Positions 32,576 to 42,312 of a DNA stretch of 64,000 bases are shown here, in pieces. Location: positions 256,001 to 320,000 of the forward strand of contig CAWBAN010000003.1 of NCBI GenBank assembly GCA_963786935.1, in the 5' to 3' direction. The position numbers were made by a program, and so were the translations under genes. The stretch's first letter is position 1, and the number at the start of each line of letters is the position of its first letter. This DNA comes from an uncultured bacterium. GTDB taxonomy: Bacteria; Krumholzibacteriota; Krumholzibacteriia; Krumholzibacteriales; Krumholzibacteriaceae. The notes beneath the pieces were generated by a model. It made no database searches and was not told where the DNA came from. It worked only from the letters and a program-made list of their open reading frames with translations.

Positions 32576-34261
32576 ATGGCCACTCCCGCACCGGACAAGA
32601 TCATCTACTCGATGATGCGCGTGAGCAAGTTCTACGGCACGAAGCAGGTGCTGAAGGACATCTCCATTTCCTATTTCTACGGCGCCAAGATCGGCGTCAT
32701 CGGATTGAACGGCTCGGGCAAGAGCTCGCTCCTGCGCATCTTCGCGGGCGTCGACACCGAGTTCAACGGGCAGGCCGTTCTCTCCCCCGGCTACACCGTC
32801 GGGATGCTCGAGCAGGAGCCGCACCTGGACGAATCGAAGACCGTGAGGCAGGTCGTCGAGGAAGGGGTCGCCGAGGTCGTGGGGCTGCTGGCCGAGTTCA
32901 ACCGCATCAACGACAAGTTCGCGGAGCCCATGTCCGAGGACGAGATGACGAAGCTCATCGAGCGGCAGGGAGAGGTGCAGGAGAAGCTCGATCATCTCGA
33001 CGCGTGGGATCTCGACTCGCGGCTCGATCTCGCGATGGACGCCCTGCGCTGCCCGTCGGGGGATACGCCGGTGAAGGTGCTCTCGGGGGGCGAGAAACGG
33101 CGCGTGGCGCTCTGCCGGCTGCTTCTCCAGAAGCCCGACATTCTGCTGCTGGACGAGCCGACGAACCATCTCGACGCCGAGACCGTCGCCTGGCTCGAGC
33201 AGCACCTCCAGCGCTACGCCGGCACCGTCATCGCCGTCACGCACGACCGGTATTTTCTCGACAACGCGGCCGGGTGGATTCTCGAGCTCGACCGCGGCGA
33301 GGGCATCCCGTGGAAGGGAAACTACTCCTCGTGGCTGGAGCAGAAGAGGGGACGCCTCGCTCTCGAGCAGAAGGCCGAATCCGACCGCCAGAAGACGCTC
33401 GAACGCGAGCTCGAGTGGATCCGCATGGCGCCGCGCGCGCGGCAGGCCAAATCGAAGGCGCGCATCCAGTCGTACGAGACGCTCCTCTCGCAGGAGAGCG
33501 TGCGGCGCGCGCGCGAGCTCGAGATCTTCATCCCGCCGGGACCGCGCCTCGGGGGCGTGGTGATTCAGGCGGAGAAGGTCGTGAAGGCCTTCGGCGACAA
33601 TATCCTCATGGATAAGATGACCTTTTCGCTCCCGCCCGGCGGCATCGTCGGCGTGATCGGCCCGAACGGCGCGGGGAAAACGACGCTCTTCCGCATGATC
33701 ACGGGGGAGGAAAAGCCCGATTCGGGGACGATCCGCGTCGGCGATTCGGTGACGCTCGCCTACGCCGATCAGGACCGGAGCCTCGATCCGGACAAAACGG
33801 TCTGGGATACGATATCGGAGGGCAAGGACTTGATCCCCCTCGGAGACCGCGAGGTCAACTCGCGCGCCTACGTCGCGCGCTTCAACTTCTCGGGGGCCGA
33901 TCAGCAGAAGAAGCTCTCGCAGCTCTCGGGAGGAGAGCGGAACCGCGTGCACCTCGCACGTACGCTCAAGCGCGGCGCGAACGTCATTCTGCTCGACGAG
34001 CCCACGAACGACCTCGACGTGAACACGATGCGCGCCCTCGAGGATGCGCTCGAGAGCTTCGGCGGATGCGCCGTCGTGATCAGCCACGACCGCTGGTTCC
34101 TCGACCGCATCGCGACGCACATCCTCGCATTCGAAAGCGACAGCTCCGTGTTCTGGTTCGAGGGGAACTACTCGGATTACGAGCAGGATCGTCACCGCCG
34201 CCTCGGCGCCGCGGCCGACCAGCCCCACCGGATCAGGTACCGGCATTTGACGAGGGAGTAG
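32576..34261 (+). CDS. ettA: Energy-dependent translational throttle protein (ABC-F)
   Basis: Two ABC domains (GLNGSGKS, GPNGAGKT, LSGGE), GNYSSWLEQK, ELEWIR..PRARQAKSKAR linker. Confidence 0.96.
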   Translation: MATPAPDKIIYSMMRVSKFYGTKQVLKDISISYFYGAKIGVIGLNGSGKSSLLRIFAGVDTEFNGQAVLSPGYTVGMLEQEPHLDESKTVRQVVEEGVAEVVGLLAEFNRINDKFAEPMSEDEMTKLIERQGEVQEKLDHLDAWDLDSRLDLAMDALRCPSGDTPVKVLSGGEKRRVALCRLLLQKPDILLLDEPTNHLDAETVAWLEQHLQRYAGTVIAVTHDRYFLDNAAGWILELDRGEGIPWKGNYSSWLEQKRGRLALEQKAESDRQKTLERELEWIRMAPRARQAKSKARIQSYETLLSQESVRRARELEIFIPPGPRLGGVVIQAEKVVKAFGDNILMDKMTFSLPPGGIVGVIGPNGAGKTTLFRMITGEEKPDSGTIRVGDSVTLAYADQDRSLDPDKTVWDTISEGKDLIPLGDREVNSRAYVARFNFSGADQQKKLSQLSGGERNRVHLARTLKRGANVILLDEPTNDLDVNTMRALEDALESFGGCAVVISHDRWFLDRIATHILAFESDSSVFWFEGNYSDYEQDRHRRLGAAADQPHRIRYRHLTRE

Positions 34262-34321
34262 GCCGTTGAGCGCTCGGTGCGCGATTCGACTCCGGCCCAA
34301 CAGACGCGCGGCGGCCGCAAC

Positions 34322-34350
34322 TTGATTCCGATCTTCCTCTATGGTATAAT
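34322..34350 (+). promoter_or_regulatory. Sigma70 promoter
   Basis: TTGATT, 17 bp, TG-G-TATAAT. Confidence 0.7.
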
Positions 34351-34403
34351 AGCGGCGAATCTAAGGGCCTCTTCTAACCACATGATGGAGTGGGAGGAAC
34401 GAC

Positions 34404-36800
34404 ATGAGAAACGCGATTGTCGTATTCGTGTTCTCCGTCCTCATTTGCTCGCCCCTCCGGGCGCATGATGGAGCGCTCGCCCTTTTCGCCGATCCCGGCG
34501 CCGCGGTCTGCACGAAGGATCTGGGCATATATAACATAACGAACCTGTATCTGTTTTATGTGCGGGGCGAAGGTCCATACATGGGGAGGCAATGTCGATT
34601 TCGAATTGCCGGATCGTCGCCGAACGTATTCTGCCTCGAGCCCGAATGGATACCCGGATTGATGGCGCAAGGCAATATAGCGAGCGGGATATCACTCGCG
34701 AGCACATCCTATCTCGGCTCCGGAGAGGATCTCGTTTACCTCGGCAGGATTCCGGTGATCAACGCCGGCGATCCCGACACATTCATCGTGTCCGTCGTGG
34801 AGGCCCCACCCGATAGTATGCACATGGTGCCCCCCTTCGAAGGATCAGGACTCTATGTCACGTTGCCCTGCACCAGTGCCTATTACGACTATACATGCGA
34901 CTGGGACTTTATCTACCCGGTCTGCGGAGGGACGTTCACGTTCAATACGCCGTCGGGTTATTGCATCCCCGAATGCCCGGTTCCTCCGCGTTTGCAGCGC
35001 GTCTATGTCGTATCCCCGACACAGGCGGAGCTTCATTTCAGCGAGCCTCTTAGCGAAGCGACGGCCGAAAATGTTTCCAATTATCTGATTCCCTGGATGG
35101 TTCCTATTGAAATTCTCGGTGCGGAGCTTGCGGGAGACGGCACCACGGTAATGCTCTCGCTGGCGAGCGGCTTTGAGAGAAACCAGTTTTACGATATGTT
35201 GGTTAAAGATGTCGAAGATCTGGATGGAAACAAGCACCCGAAGAGCGGGTACAGAGAGATACTGTACCAGGACAGGTATTATATCACCGGAGCGGTGACG
35301 AATGTCGATTGCCAGACGTGCAGGAGCGTGGATCTCACGTACTTCGTTCATAATACGGGGGCGCGCCATTCGACGGGCTTCTGTTTGGATGCGGGCTGGA
35401 CATGGTTCGCGCCGTTCGGGCTCGGACAACTAATGAGGTGCGACACCCTTGCTTCGGAGACAGGCATAGGGGGAGCCGGTACCGGATATCAGCTGCATAA
35501 TCGCAGAGCCCACCGTTTCTACGACATTTACTTCATTGTCAATGACTGCGAAGGCGAAGAGGACGTCAAGAAGACCTACGTCTCCGTAAAGTTCCTGCAC
35601 AATGTGCCATGGATCAACTCGGTAACGGACGTCCCGGCCGATGAGGGCGGTTGGGTGACGCTCGCATTCGAAGGATGTTACAGCGAAAGTACGATTGAAG
35701 AACCGAAGTTGCCCGTCATCAGATACGACGTCTACCGGCTCGGGCCGCCTCCCGGGAACCTCTGGGAGATCGTCGGATCGGTGCCCGCGCAGGGGCTCGA
35801 GGAGTACAGCGTGGTCGTTCCGACCCATGCCGACTCGTCTCCCGGTCAGCCGATTCCCTATGCGAAGTACCGGGTGAGGGGTGCGACCGAGGATCCGGCC
35901 CGGTACTTCGAGTCGTGCCCCGACTCGGGTTACTCGATGGGAGCTCCTCCCTCCGCTCCGACTCATTTCACCGCGCTGCAGGTCGGAGACGACCTCCTCC
36001 TGCAGTGGTTCAAGAACCCGGAGCCGGACGTATCGGGTTACAAGCTTTACAGGAACACGGATCCCGAGATTGTTCCGCCCCTGGAGAATCTGATCGCGGA
36101 GGTTCCCGACACGACCTTTCTCGATGAGGAATGGTTCGCCGGATCGGGCTACTGCTATTGGCTCTCGGCCGTTGATTCCGCGGGATATGAGAGCGCACTG
36201 ACGAGACTCATTCCCGAGGAGATGATTGCGACGCTTCTGCAGAGCTTCGATGTGGCGATCGACAGGGCGGGATTCAGCGTCGTGATCAGATGGACCTTGT
36301 CCTCGGTCGATGAGGGGATCGCCTATTATGTAATGAGGGGTGAGGCGGGCGCCGCGGAGTTCACGGCGCTCGATGCGTCGTCGGTGGAGAGAGACGAGCT
36401 TTCATTCAGGTTTGCTGACGCCGGCGTCGAGTTCGGAAAGAGCTACCGGTACCGTGTCGGCTACCTGGATCATGGGAAGGAAGTTTCACTCTTTGAGACC
36501 GATGCCGTCGCGACGCCTGCGACGCCTCTGACGCTGTATCAGAATGTCCCGAATCCGTTCAACCCCGCGACGAGCATCACGTACTATTTGCCGGTCGCCG
36601 GACGCGTTAACCTGGACGTGTTCGACATCGCCGGCGCGCAGATCGCGAAGCTGTTCGACGGCATGCAGAATGCCGGGCTGCATACGGTTCAATGGAACGG
36701 ACGCGACGTCGGGGGCCGCGCGGTGTCCTCGGGAATCTATTTCTGCCGGCTGACATTCGGCAAGGAGAGCATTAAGCGAAAGATGGTTCTCTTGAGGTAG
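34404..36800 (+). CDS. Secreted multidomain protein (Ig-like/FN3-like domains) with C-terminal FlgD-Ig/T9SS-like domain
   Basis: Signal peptide; LHFSEPL...N..NY Ig-like; PPSAP...W..NPEPD..GY.LYR FN3-like; LYQNVPNPFNP...RKMVLLR. Confidence 0.8.
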   Translation: MRNAIVVFVFSVLICSPLRAHDGALALFADPGAAVCTKDLGIYNITNLYLFYVRGEGPYMGRQCRFRIAGSSPNVFCLEPEWIPGLMAQGNIASGISLASTSYLGSGEDLVYLGRIPVINAGDPDTFIVSVVEAPPDSMHMVPPFEGSGLYVTLPCTSAYYDYTCDWDFIYPVCGGTFTFNTPSGYCIPECPVPPRLQRVYVVSPTQAELHFSEPLSEATAENVSNYLIPWMVPIEILGAELAGDGTTVMLSLASGFERNQFYDMLVKDVEDLDGNKHPKSGYREILYQDRYYITGAVTNVDCQTCRSVDLTYFVHNTGARHSTGFCLDAGWTWFAPFGLGQLMRCDTLASETGIGGAGTGYQLHNRRAHRFYDIYFIVNDCEGEEDVKKTYVSVKFLHNVPWINSVTDVPADEGGWVTLAFEGCYSESTIEEPKLPVIRYDVYRLGPPPGNLWEIVGSVPAQGLEEYSVVVPTHADSSPGQPIPYAKYRVRGATEDPARYFESCPDSGYSMGAPPSAPTHFTALQVGDDLLLQWFKNPEPDVSGYKLYRNTDPEIVPPLENLIAEVPDTTFLDEEWFAGSGYCYWLSAVDSAGYESALTRLIPEEMIATLLQSFDVAIDRAGFSVVIRWTLSSVDEGIAYYVMRGEAGAAEFTALDASSVERDELSFRFADAGVEFGKSYRYRVGYLDHGKEVSLFETDAVATPATPLTLYQNVPNPFNPATSITYYLPVAGRVNLDVFDIAGAQIAKLFDGMQNAGLHTVQWNGRDVGGRAVSSGIYFCRLTFGKESIKRKMVLLR

Positions 36801-36938
36801 TCCTCGGAGCGACAGCCATAATACCTCCCATGCGAATGACCGAGGTTTGCGTGGTCCCGAGCGTAGGCGGCGCGTGGCATCAATCGTCATTTCCTCCGGC
36901 GCGCGGCGAAGCGCGGCTCGATCCGCATGTAAGGCGGA

Positions 36939-36968
36939 TTGACAGAAGCCCTGATTTCCTGCTATAAG
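36939..36968 (+). promoter_or_regulatory. Putative sigma70 promoter
   Basis: TTGACA, 18 bp, TG-C-TATAAG. Confidence 0.6.
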
Positions 36969-37002
36969 ACATATCGAACAGATCAACCATGAGAGGTGGC
37001 AC

Positions 37003-38115
37003 ATGTTGAAATTCCTTGCCGTTTTCATGATCGGCCTTCTGGTCTGCACGCAGTCGTTCGGTCAGGTCTACACCAACAAGAGCTTCGGCAAGATCGATCC
37101 CGACAGTTTGAAAGCGAAAGAATATCCGTACGTCTTGCCCATCTGGGGCGAGAAGGCGGCGAAAAAGGGATTCGAGCTGCCGTACTCGGCCGGGCTCAGC
37201 CTGAACTACCTCTGGCAGGAATCGGATCTCGTGATCGAGAACCTGCAGGTAGGCTTCAATAACGGCCCCATGATCAATTTGGACGAGAACATCAGGTTCG
37301 ATAGCGCCGTCGCCGAGGCGAGCGGCGTCAATATCAGGCCCGATATCTGGCTATTTCCGTTCTTGAACGTCTACGGGCTGTTCGTCAAAGCGAAAACGTC
37401 CACGACCATCGACGCCAGCGTGTGGCTTCCGGATAGCGCAAACAACTGGTCCGAGGTGACGTCGTTTTCATCGAAGGCGGAGTTCGACGCCACGTCGTTC
37501 GGATTCGGACTGACGCCGACGATGGGCATCAGCGGGATCTGGATGGCGCTCGACATGAATTGCCTCTGGACCGACGTCAGCGCGCTGAACGAGCCCGTCT
37601 TCACCTTCGTCTTCGCTCCCCGCTTCGGCAAGACGTTCAATTTCAAAAAGCCCAATAGAAACATCGCGGTATGGGTGGGAGGATTCAGGCTCAAGTACAG
37701 TTCAAACACCGAGGGCTCGCTGAATCTGTCCGAAGTGCTCCCTCTGGACGGAGCGCAGGAAAAGGTCGACCAGGGCTTCCAGAAGGTCGAGGAAGCATGG
37801 ACGGAAGTCCAGAGTTGGTGGAATTCGCTTTCGCCCGACGAGCAGCTCGACCCGGCGAATATCGCGCGATACAACGCGGCGACCCGCGCTATCACCGCGG
37901 CCGACGAGCTCCTGACCGGCATGGATGGAGCTCTCAGCAACGCGGAAACCGCGACGGTTCAGTATTCGCTCGATAAGTATCCGACGAGCATGTGGAATCT
38001 CGTCGTCGGATCGCAGTTTCAGCTGAACAAGAACTGGATGGCGCGGGTGGAGGTCGGATTCCTGGGCGACCGCACGCAGGCCATAGCGGGGATTCAGTAC
38101 CGCTTCGGATTGTAG
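37003..38115 (+). CDS. Putative outer-membrane beta-barrel protein
   Basis: Signal peptide, amphipathic beta-strands, helical insertion, C-terminal GIQYRFGL. Confidence 0.7.
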   Translation: MLKFLAVFMIGLLVCTQSFGQVYTNKSFGKIDPDSLKAKEYPYVLPIWGEKAAKKGFELPYSAGLSLNYLWQESDLVIENLQVGFNNGPMINLDENIRFDSAVAEASGVNIRPDIWLFPFLNVYGLFVKAKTSTTIDASVWLPDSANNWSEVTSFSSKAEFDATSFGFGLTPTMGISGIWMALDMNCLWTDVSALNEPVFTFVFAPRFGKTFNFKKPNRNIAVWVGGFRLKYSSNTEGSLNLSEVLPLDGAQEKVDQGFQKVEEAWTEVQSWWNSLSPDEQLDPANIARYNAATRAITAADELLTGMDGALSNAETATVQYSLDKYPTSMWNLVVGSQFQLNKNWMARVEVGFLGDRTQAIAGIQYRFGL

Positions 38116-38126
38116 GCGAACGCGGG

Positions 38127-38843
38127 ATGAAGAAAGTCCTGCTCATTCTCATCCTTCTGCTCGGCAGCCGGCCGGCGAACAGCCAGGTTTTGATCGCTCT
38201 TCTCTTCGGCGATAAACTGAATACGGGGAAGATCGAGTTCGGCCTCGACGGCGGATTGAACCTTGCATCCATGGGCGGCGTCGACCAGTCCGGCTACCTG
38301 AAGGCGTTCAACCTCGGATTCTACTTCGACATCAAGCTCGCGAATCCCTCCTGGATGATTCACACGGGCGTCATCGTGGTGTCTACGATGGGGGCGGACG
38401 GAGTGCCGGTCTATTCGTTGGACGATCCCGAGCTGGACGCCGAATTCGACGGCGGAAGCGTCACGCGGAAATTGAGCTATTTCAACGTGCCGATCATGAT
38501 CAAGTACAGAAGCGCACGTCGTTTCCATGCGGAAGGCGGGATCCAACTCGGGCTCCTGTATGGAGCCGAAGACGTATTCATGAACACGGTGCCGGGCCGG
38601 GGAGATCTGACCTACACGACGAAGATCAAGGATCAATATCACCCGCTCGACGCGGGGGCGGTCGTGGGCGTGGGGTATCGTTTGCTCGGAGCCAACGGGA
38701 TAACGTTGAGCATGCGCTACTATTTCGGCTTCATCGACGTTCTCATCGACGACGCGGTCCCCGCCCAGTACAACCGGTCGATCTATTTCACGGCGGGCAT
38801 TCCCATCGGCGCTAGCAAATCTCCAAAAGAAGACAACCGATAG
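38127..38843 (+). CDS. Porin family/outer-membrane beta-barrel protein
   Basis: Signal peptide; EFGLDGGLN, LSYFNVPIMIKY, GGIQLGLL, GVGY, RYYFG, SIYFTAGI. Confidence 0.78.
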   Translation: MKKVLLILILLLGSRPANSQVLIALLFGDKLNTGKIEFGLDGGLNLASMGGVDQSGYLKAFNLGFYFDIKLANPSWMIHTGVIVVSTMGADGVPVYSLDDPELDAEFDGGSVTRKLSYFNVPIMIKYRSARRFHAEGGIQLGLLYGAEDVFMNTVPGRGDLTYTTKIKDQYHPLDAGAVVGVGYRLLGANGITLSMRYYFGFIDVLIDDAVPAQYNRSIYFTAGIPIGASKSPKEDNR

Positions 38844-38860
38844 CATCTCAAGGAGGACCG

Positions 38861-40996
38861 ATTACGAATCGCGGGCAAGGAACATTTGTTCTCCTGCTCA
38901 TTGCGGCATTCGCCCTGGGGCTTTCCGCCGGATGCCGCGTCGAGCACCATGCGGCGACTCCGCCGATAGCGAAGATCGAGCCGATGAAGCTCGAGAAGCA
39001 CGGCGACGTCCGGGTCGACAACTATTACTGGCTGCGCGAGCGGGAGAATCACGAGGTGATCGCCTATCTCCGCGCGGAAAACGCCTATACGGACACCATG
39101 ATGCATCACACCGAGGCTCTGCAGGAGAAGCTGTATAAAGAGATCGTCGGGCGGATCAAACAGACCGACGCCTCGGTGCCGTACCGGCAGGACGGCTACT
39201 TCTACTATACGCGCTACGACGCGGGGAAGGAGTATCCGATCTACTGCCGGAAGAAGGGCTCGCTCGATGCGCGCGAGGAAATCATGATCGACTCGAACGA
39301 GCGCGCGGCGGGGCGCGGATTCTACTCGGTCGGCCCCCGCGAAATCAGCCCGAACGGCGAGCTGCTCGCATTCGCCGAGGACACGGTGGGGCGGCGGTTC
39401 TACACCATACGGGTGAAGAATCTCGCAACCGGCGAAATGCTGCCGGACGATATCCCTCAGGTGACCGGAGACGTCGCGTGGGCGAACGACAACCGGACGT
39501 TCTTCTACGGGAAGCAGGATCCCGTGACGCTTCGCGCGTATCGCATCTACCGGCACGCGCTCGGCGCGGATCCGTCCACGGACGCGCTCGTGTACGAGGA
39601 GAAGGACAACACCTTCGAATGTTCCGTCTCCAAAACCAAGTCAAAAGAGTACGTGATGATCGCCTCGACGCAGACGCTCAGCAGCGAGTACCGCTATCTG
39701 GACGCGGACGCGCCGGGCGACACGTTCGCCGTGTTCTCGGCGCGGGAGCCCCGCCACGAGTACTCGGTCGATCATTACCGCGACTTTTTTTATATCCGCA
39801 CTAACGACGGGGCTAAGAACTTCCGGCTCATGAAGACGCCGGCGGCCCGCACGGCGAAGGAGAACTGGGTCGAGGTCGTGCCGCACCGCGACGACGTGCT
39901 CCTCGAGGGATTTGAGATATTCAGGGATTTCCTCGTGACCGTCGAGCGGACGGGCGGGCTGATCCGGATGCGCATCCGGCCCTGGTCGGGGGCGGGCGAG
40001 CATTCGATCGATTTCGGCGAGCCGGCATACATGGCGTACATGAGCACGAACATGGACATCGACACGAATCTCCTCCGGTACGGCTACACGTCGATGACGA
40101 CGCCGACCTCGATCTACGACTACGATATGGTCACGAAGGAGAAGACCCTCTTGAAGCGCGACGAGGTGCTCGGCGGCTTCAAGCCTGAGGACTACGTGAC
40201 GGAGCGCCTCTCCGCCCGCGCGAGCGACGGCGCCATGGTGCCGCTTTCCATCGTGTATCGCAGGGGGCTGAAGAGGGACGGGAAGAACCCGCTTCTGCTC
40301 TACGGGTACGGTTCGTACGGATTCAGCATGGATGCGACATTCAGCTCCCCGCGCCTGAGCCTGCTCGATCGGGGATTCGTCTATGCCATCGCCCATGTCC
40401 GCGGGGGAGAGGAGCTCGGGCGCGAGTGGTACGAGGACGGGAAGATGCTGAACAAGAAGAACACCTTCACGGACTTCATCGCGTGCGCGGAGCATCTGAT
40501 CCGCGAGGGGTATACGACGCCGGACCGGCTCTTCGCGCAAGGGGGGAGCGCCGGCGGGCTCCTCATGGGCGCCGTCGTCAACATGCGCCCGGACCTTTTC
40601 AATGGCGTCATCGCGAACGTGCCGTGGGTGGACGTCGTCACGACGATGCTGGACGAGAGCATCCCGCTCACGACCTCGGAGTACGACGAATGGGGAAATC
40701 CGAACGTCAAGGAATACTACGATTACATGCTGTCGTATTCGCCGTACGACAACGTCTCGGCGCAGGCGTACCCCGCCATGCTGGTGACCACGGGGCTCCA
40801 CGACTCGCAGGTGCAGTATTTCGAGCCGGCGAAGTGGGTGGCGAAGCTCCGGGCGCTCAAGACCGACGGCAATATGCTGCTGCTCCGCACGAGAATGGAA
40901 GCGGGGCACGGCGGCGTCTCGGGGCGGTACCGCCAGTACCGCGAGACGGCGTTCATGTACGCGTTCATGCTGGATCTCGCGGGAATCGACGAATAG
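38861..40996 (+). CDS. ptrB: Oligopeptidase B (S9A), predicted lipoprotein; non-canonical ATT start proposed (first ATG at 38984)
   Basis: HGDVRVDNYYWL, YGYGSYG, HVRGG, GGSAGG, DSQV..EPAKW, AGHGG; upstream in-frame hydrophobic signal with LSAGC and PPIAKIEP; SD AAGGAGG. Confidence 0.9.
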   Translation: MTNRGQGTFVLLLIAAFALGLSAGCRVEHHAATPPIAKIEPMKLEKHGDVRVDNYYWLRERENHEVIAYLRAENAYTDTMMHHTEALQEKLYKEIVGRIKQTDASVPYRQDGYFYYTRYDAGKEYPIYCRKKGSLDAREEIMIDSNERAAGRGFYSVGPREISPNGELLAFAEDTVGRRFYTIRVKNLATGEMLPDDIPQVTGDVAWANDNRTFFYGKQDPVTLRAYRIYRHALGADPSTDALVYEEKDNTFECSVSKTKSKEYVMIASTQTLSSEYRYLDADAPGDTFAVFSAREPRHEYSVDHYRDFFYIRTNDGAKNFRLMKTPAARTAKENWVEVVPHRDDVLLEGFEIFRDFLVTVERTGGLIRMRIRPWSGAGEHSIDFGEPAYMAYMSTNMDIDTNLLRYGYTSMTTPTSIYDYDMVTKEKTLLKRDEVLGGFKPEDYVTERLSARASDGAMVPLSIVYRRGLKRDGKNPLLLYGYGSYGFSMDATFSSPRLSLLDRGFVYAIAHVRGGEELGREWYEDGKMLNKKNTFTDFIACAEHLIREGYTTPDRLFAQGGSAGGLLMGAVVNMRPDLFNGVIANVPWVDVVTTMLDESIPLTTSEYDEWGNPNVKEYYDYMLSYSPYDNVSAQAYPAMLVTTGLHDSQVQYFEPAKWVAKLRALKTDGNMLLLRTRMEAGHGGVSGRYRQYRETAFMYAFMLDLAGIDE

Positions 40997-41137
40997 CGAT
41001 CGCGCGAATAGATATTGCACGAGAATCGCTTTGTGGGATATGGTGAGGAACGGGTCTTGCATCTAACGGGCGGGATGAGGAATCGTCGAAACGCGGGGAT
41101 TCCTTCGGCCCGGCTGATTGAAAGGAGCAAGACGATC

Positions 41138-41641
41138 ATGAGACGAACAACGATCGGGATGGTCGCGGCGCTGTGCGTGCTCTTTGCGGCTTCGGCGAGC
41201 CATGCGATGTTCTCGCTGGGCGCCGGCATCCATTATATGAAGACCGTCGGCGACATCAAGGACGCGCCCGAATTCGACGAGAACGCGTACAACCTCGTCG
41301 CCTCGGCGCAGATGAGCCTGCTCATGTTCAAGGTCGAGGGCGACGTCGAATGGGTCCCCGATTACGGCGGCTCCGACGAGTCGCTCCTGATGCCGCAGGT
41401 GTTGGTGCTGTTCGGCGGCCTCTTGTACGGCGGCGCGGGCATCGGATCGGGCTACATCGACGGTGAGTGGTTCGACAAGCCGTTCTACTCGCTGCGCCTC
41501 GGCGTCGACATCCCGCTCGGTCCCATCGGCGTGGACATCAACGCGAACTACCGGTTCATGGACACCTCGGTCTTCGAGAGCGCCGACAGCGAGGACCTCG
41601 ACTCGGTCACGTTCGGCGCCATCGTGCGGTTCAAGCTCTAG
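41138..41641 (+). CDS. Small outer-membrane beta-barrel protein
   Basis: SD AAAGGAG; signal peptide; YGGAGIG, LRLGVD, ANYRF, VTFGAIVRFKL. Confidence 0.75.
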   Translation: MRRTTIGMVAALCVLFAASASHAMFSLGAGIHYMKTVGDIKDAPEFDENAYNLVASAQMSLLMFKVEGDVEWVPDYGGSDESLLMPQVLVLFGGLLYGGAGIGSGYIDGEWFDKPFYSLRLGVDIPLGPIGVDINANYRFMDTSVFESADSEDLDSVTFGAIVRFKL

Positions 41642-41666
41642 GCCTGCCGCGCGGGGAAAACGGCTT

Positions 41667-42281
41667 ATGATCAAGATATCAACAGCGGCTCTCTTCGCGC
41701 TTTCGCTGCTATCGGTATCCGCTCTTTCGCAGGAGGCGCCGCCGCCTCCTGCGGCGGAGCGGGTGACGGCGCTGCTCATAATCGACATTCAGGATTTCTA
41801 TTTTCCCGGGGGCTCCGTGCCCCTCGTGAATCCCGAGGCGGCGAGCCTCAACGCGGCGAAGCTGCTTGAGAGATTCCGCATGGAGGGGCGGCCGGTTATT
41901 CATGTCGGCCACAACGCCAAGAAGGGGATGGGATTCCGCGCAGCCGTGGCGCCGCGAGAGGCCGAGAAGGTCTTCTTCAAGGACGAGGTGAACGCGTTCA
42001 ACGGCACCGATCTGCTTCCGTATCTCAAGGAGCTGAAGGTTCAACGGCTCGTGATCGCCGGGATGCAGACCCACATGTGCGTCGAGGCCGCGGTGCGCGC
42101 CGCCTCCGATCTCGGCTTCGAGTGCATTCTCGTCGCAGACGCCTGCGCCACGAGGAATCTGAAGTACAAGGACCGCGAAGTGAGCGCCGCCGACGTGCAC
42201 GCCGCGACGCTCGCCACCCTCGACCGCACGTATGCCACCGTGGTCGACACGGAAACGTTTCTCGCGGCCGGCGGATATTGA
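41667..42281 (+). CDS. Cysteine hydrolase (isochorismatase family) with signal peptide
   Basis: ALLIIDIQDFYF (Asp), FKDEVNAF (Lys), GMQTHMCVE (Cys), DACATR. Confidence 0.9.
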   Translation: MIKISTAALFALSLLSVSALSQEAPPPPAAERVTALLIIDIQDFYFPGGSVPLVNPEAASLNAAKLLERFRMEGRPVIHVGHNAKKGMGFRAAVAPREAEKVFFKDEVNAFNGTDLLPYLKELKVQRLVIAGMQTHMCVEAAVRAASDLGFECILVADACATRNLKYKDREVSAADVHAATLATLDRTYATVVDTETFLAAGGY

Positions 42282-42306
42282 CACCGGCCCGAACTTCCCA
42301 TACATT
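42278..42306 (+). promoter_or_regulatory. Sigma70 promoter for a leaderless methyltransferase mRNA
   Basis: TTGACA, 17 bp, TACATT; ATG 42313 is 7 nt after the -10, no SD. Confidence 0.65.
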
Positions 42307-42312
42307 CGGTCC

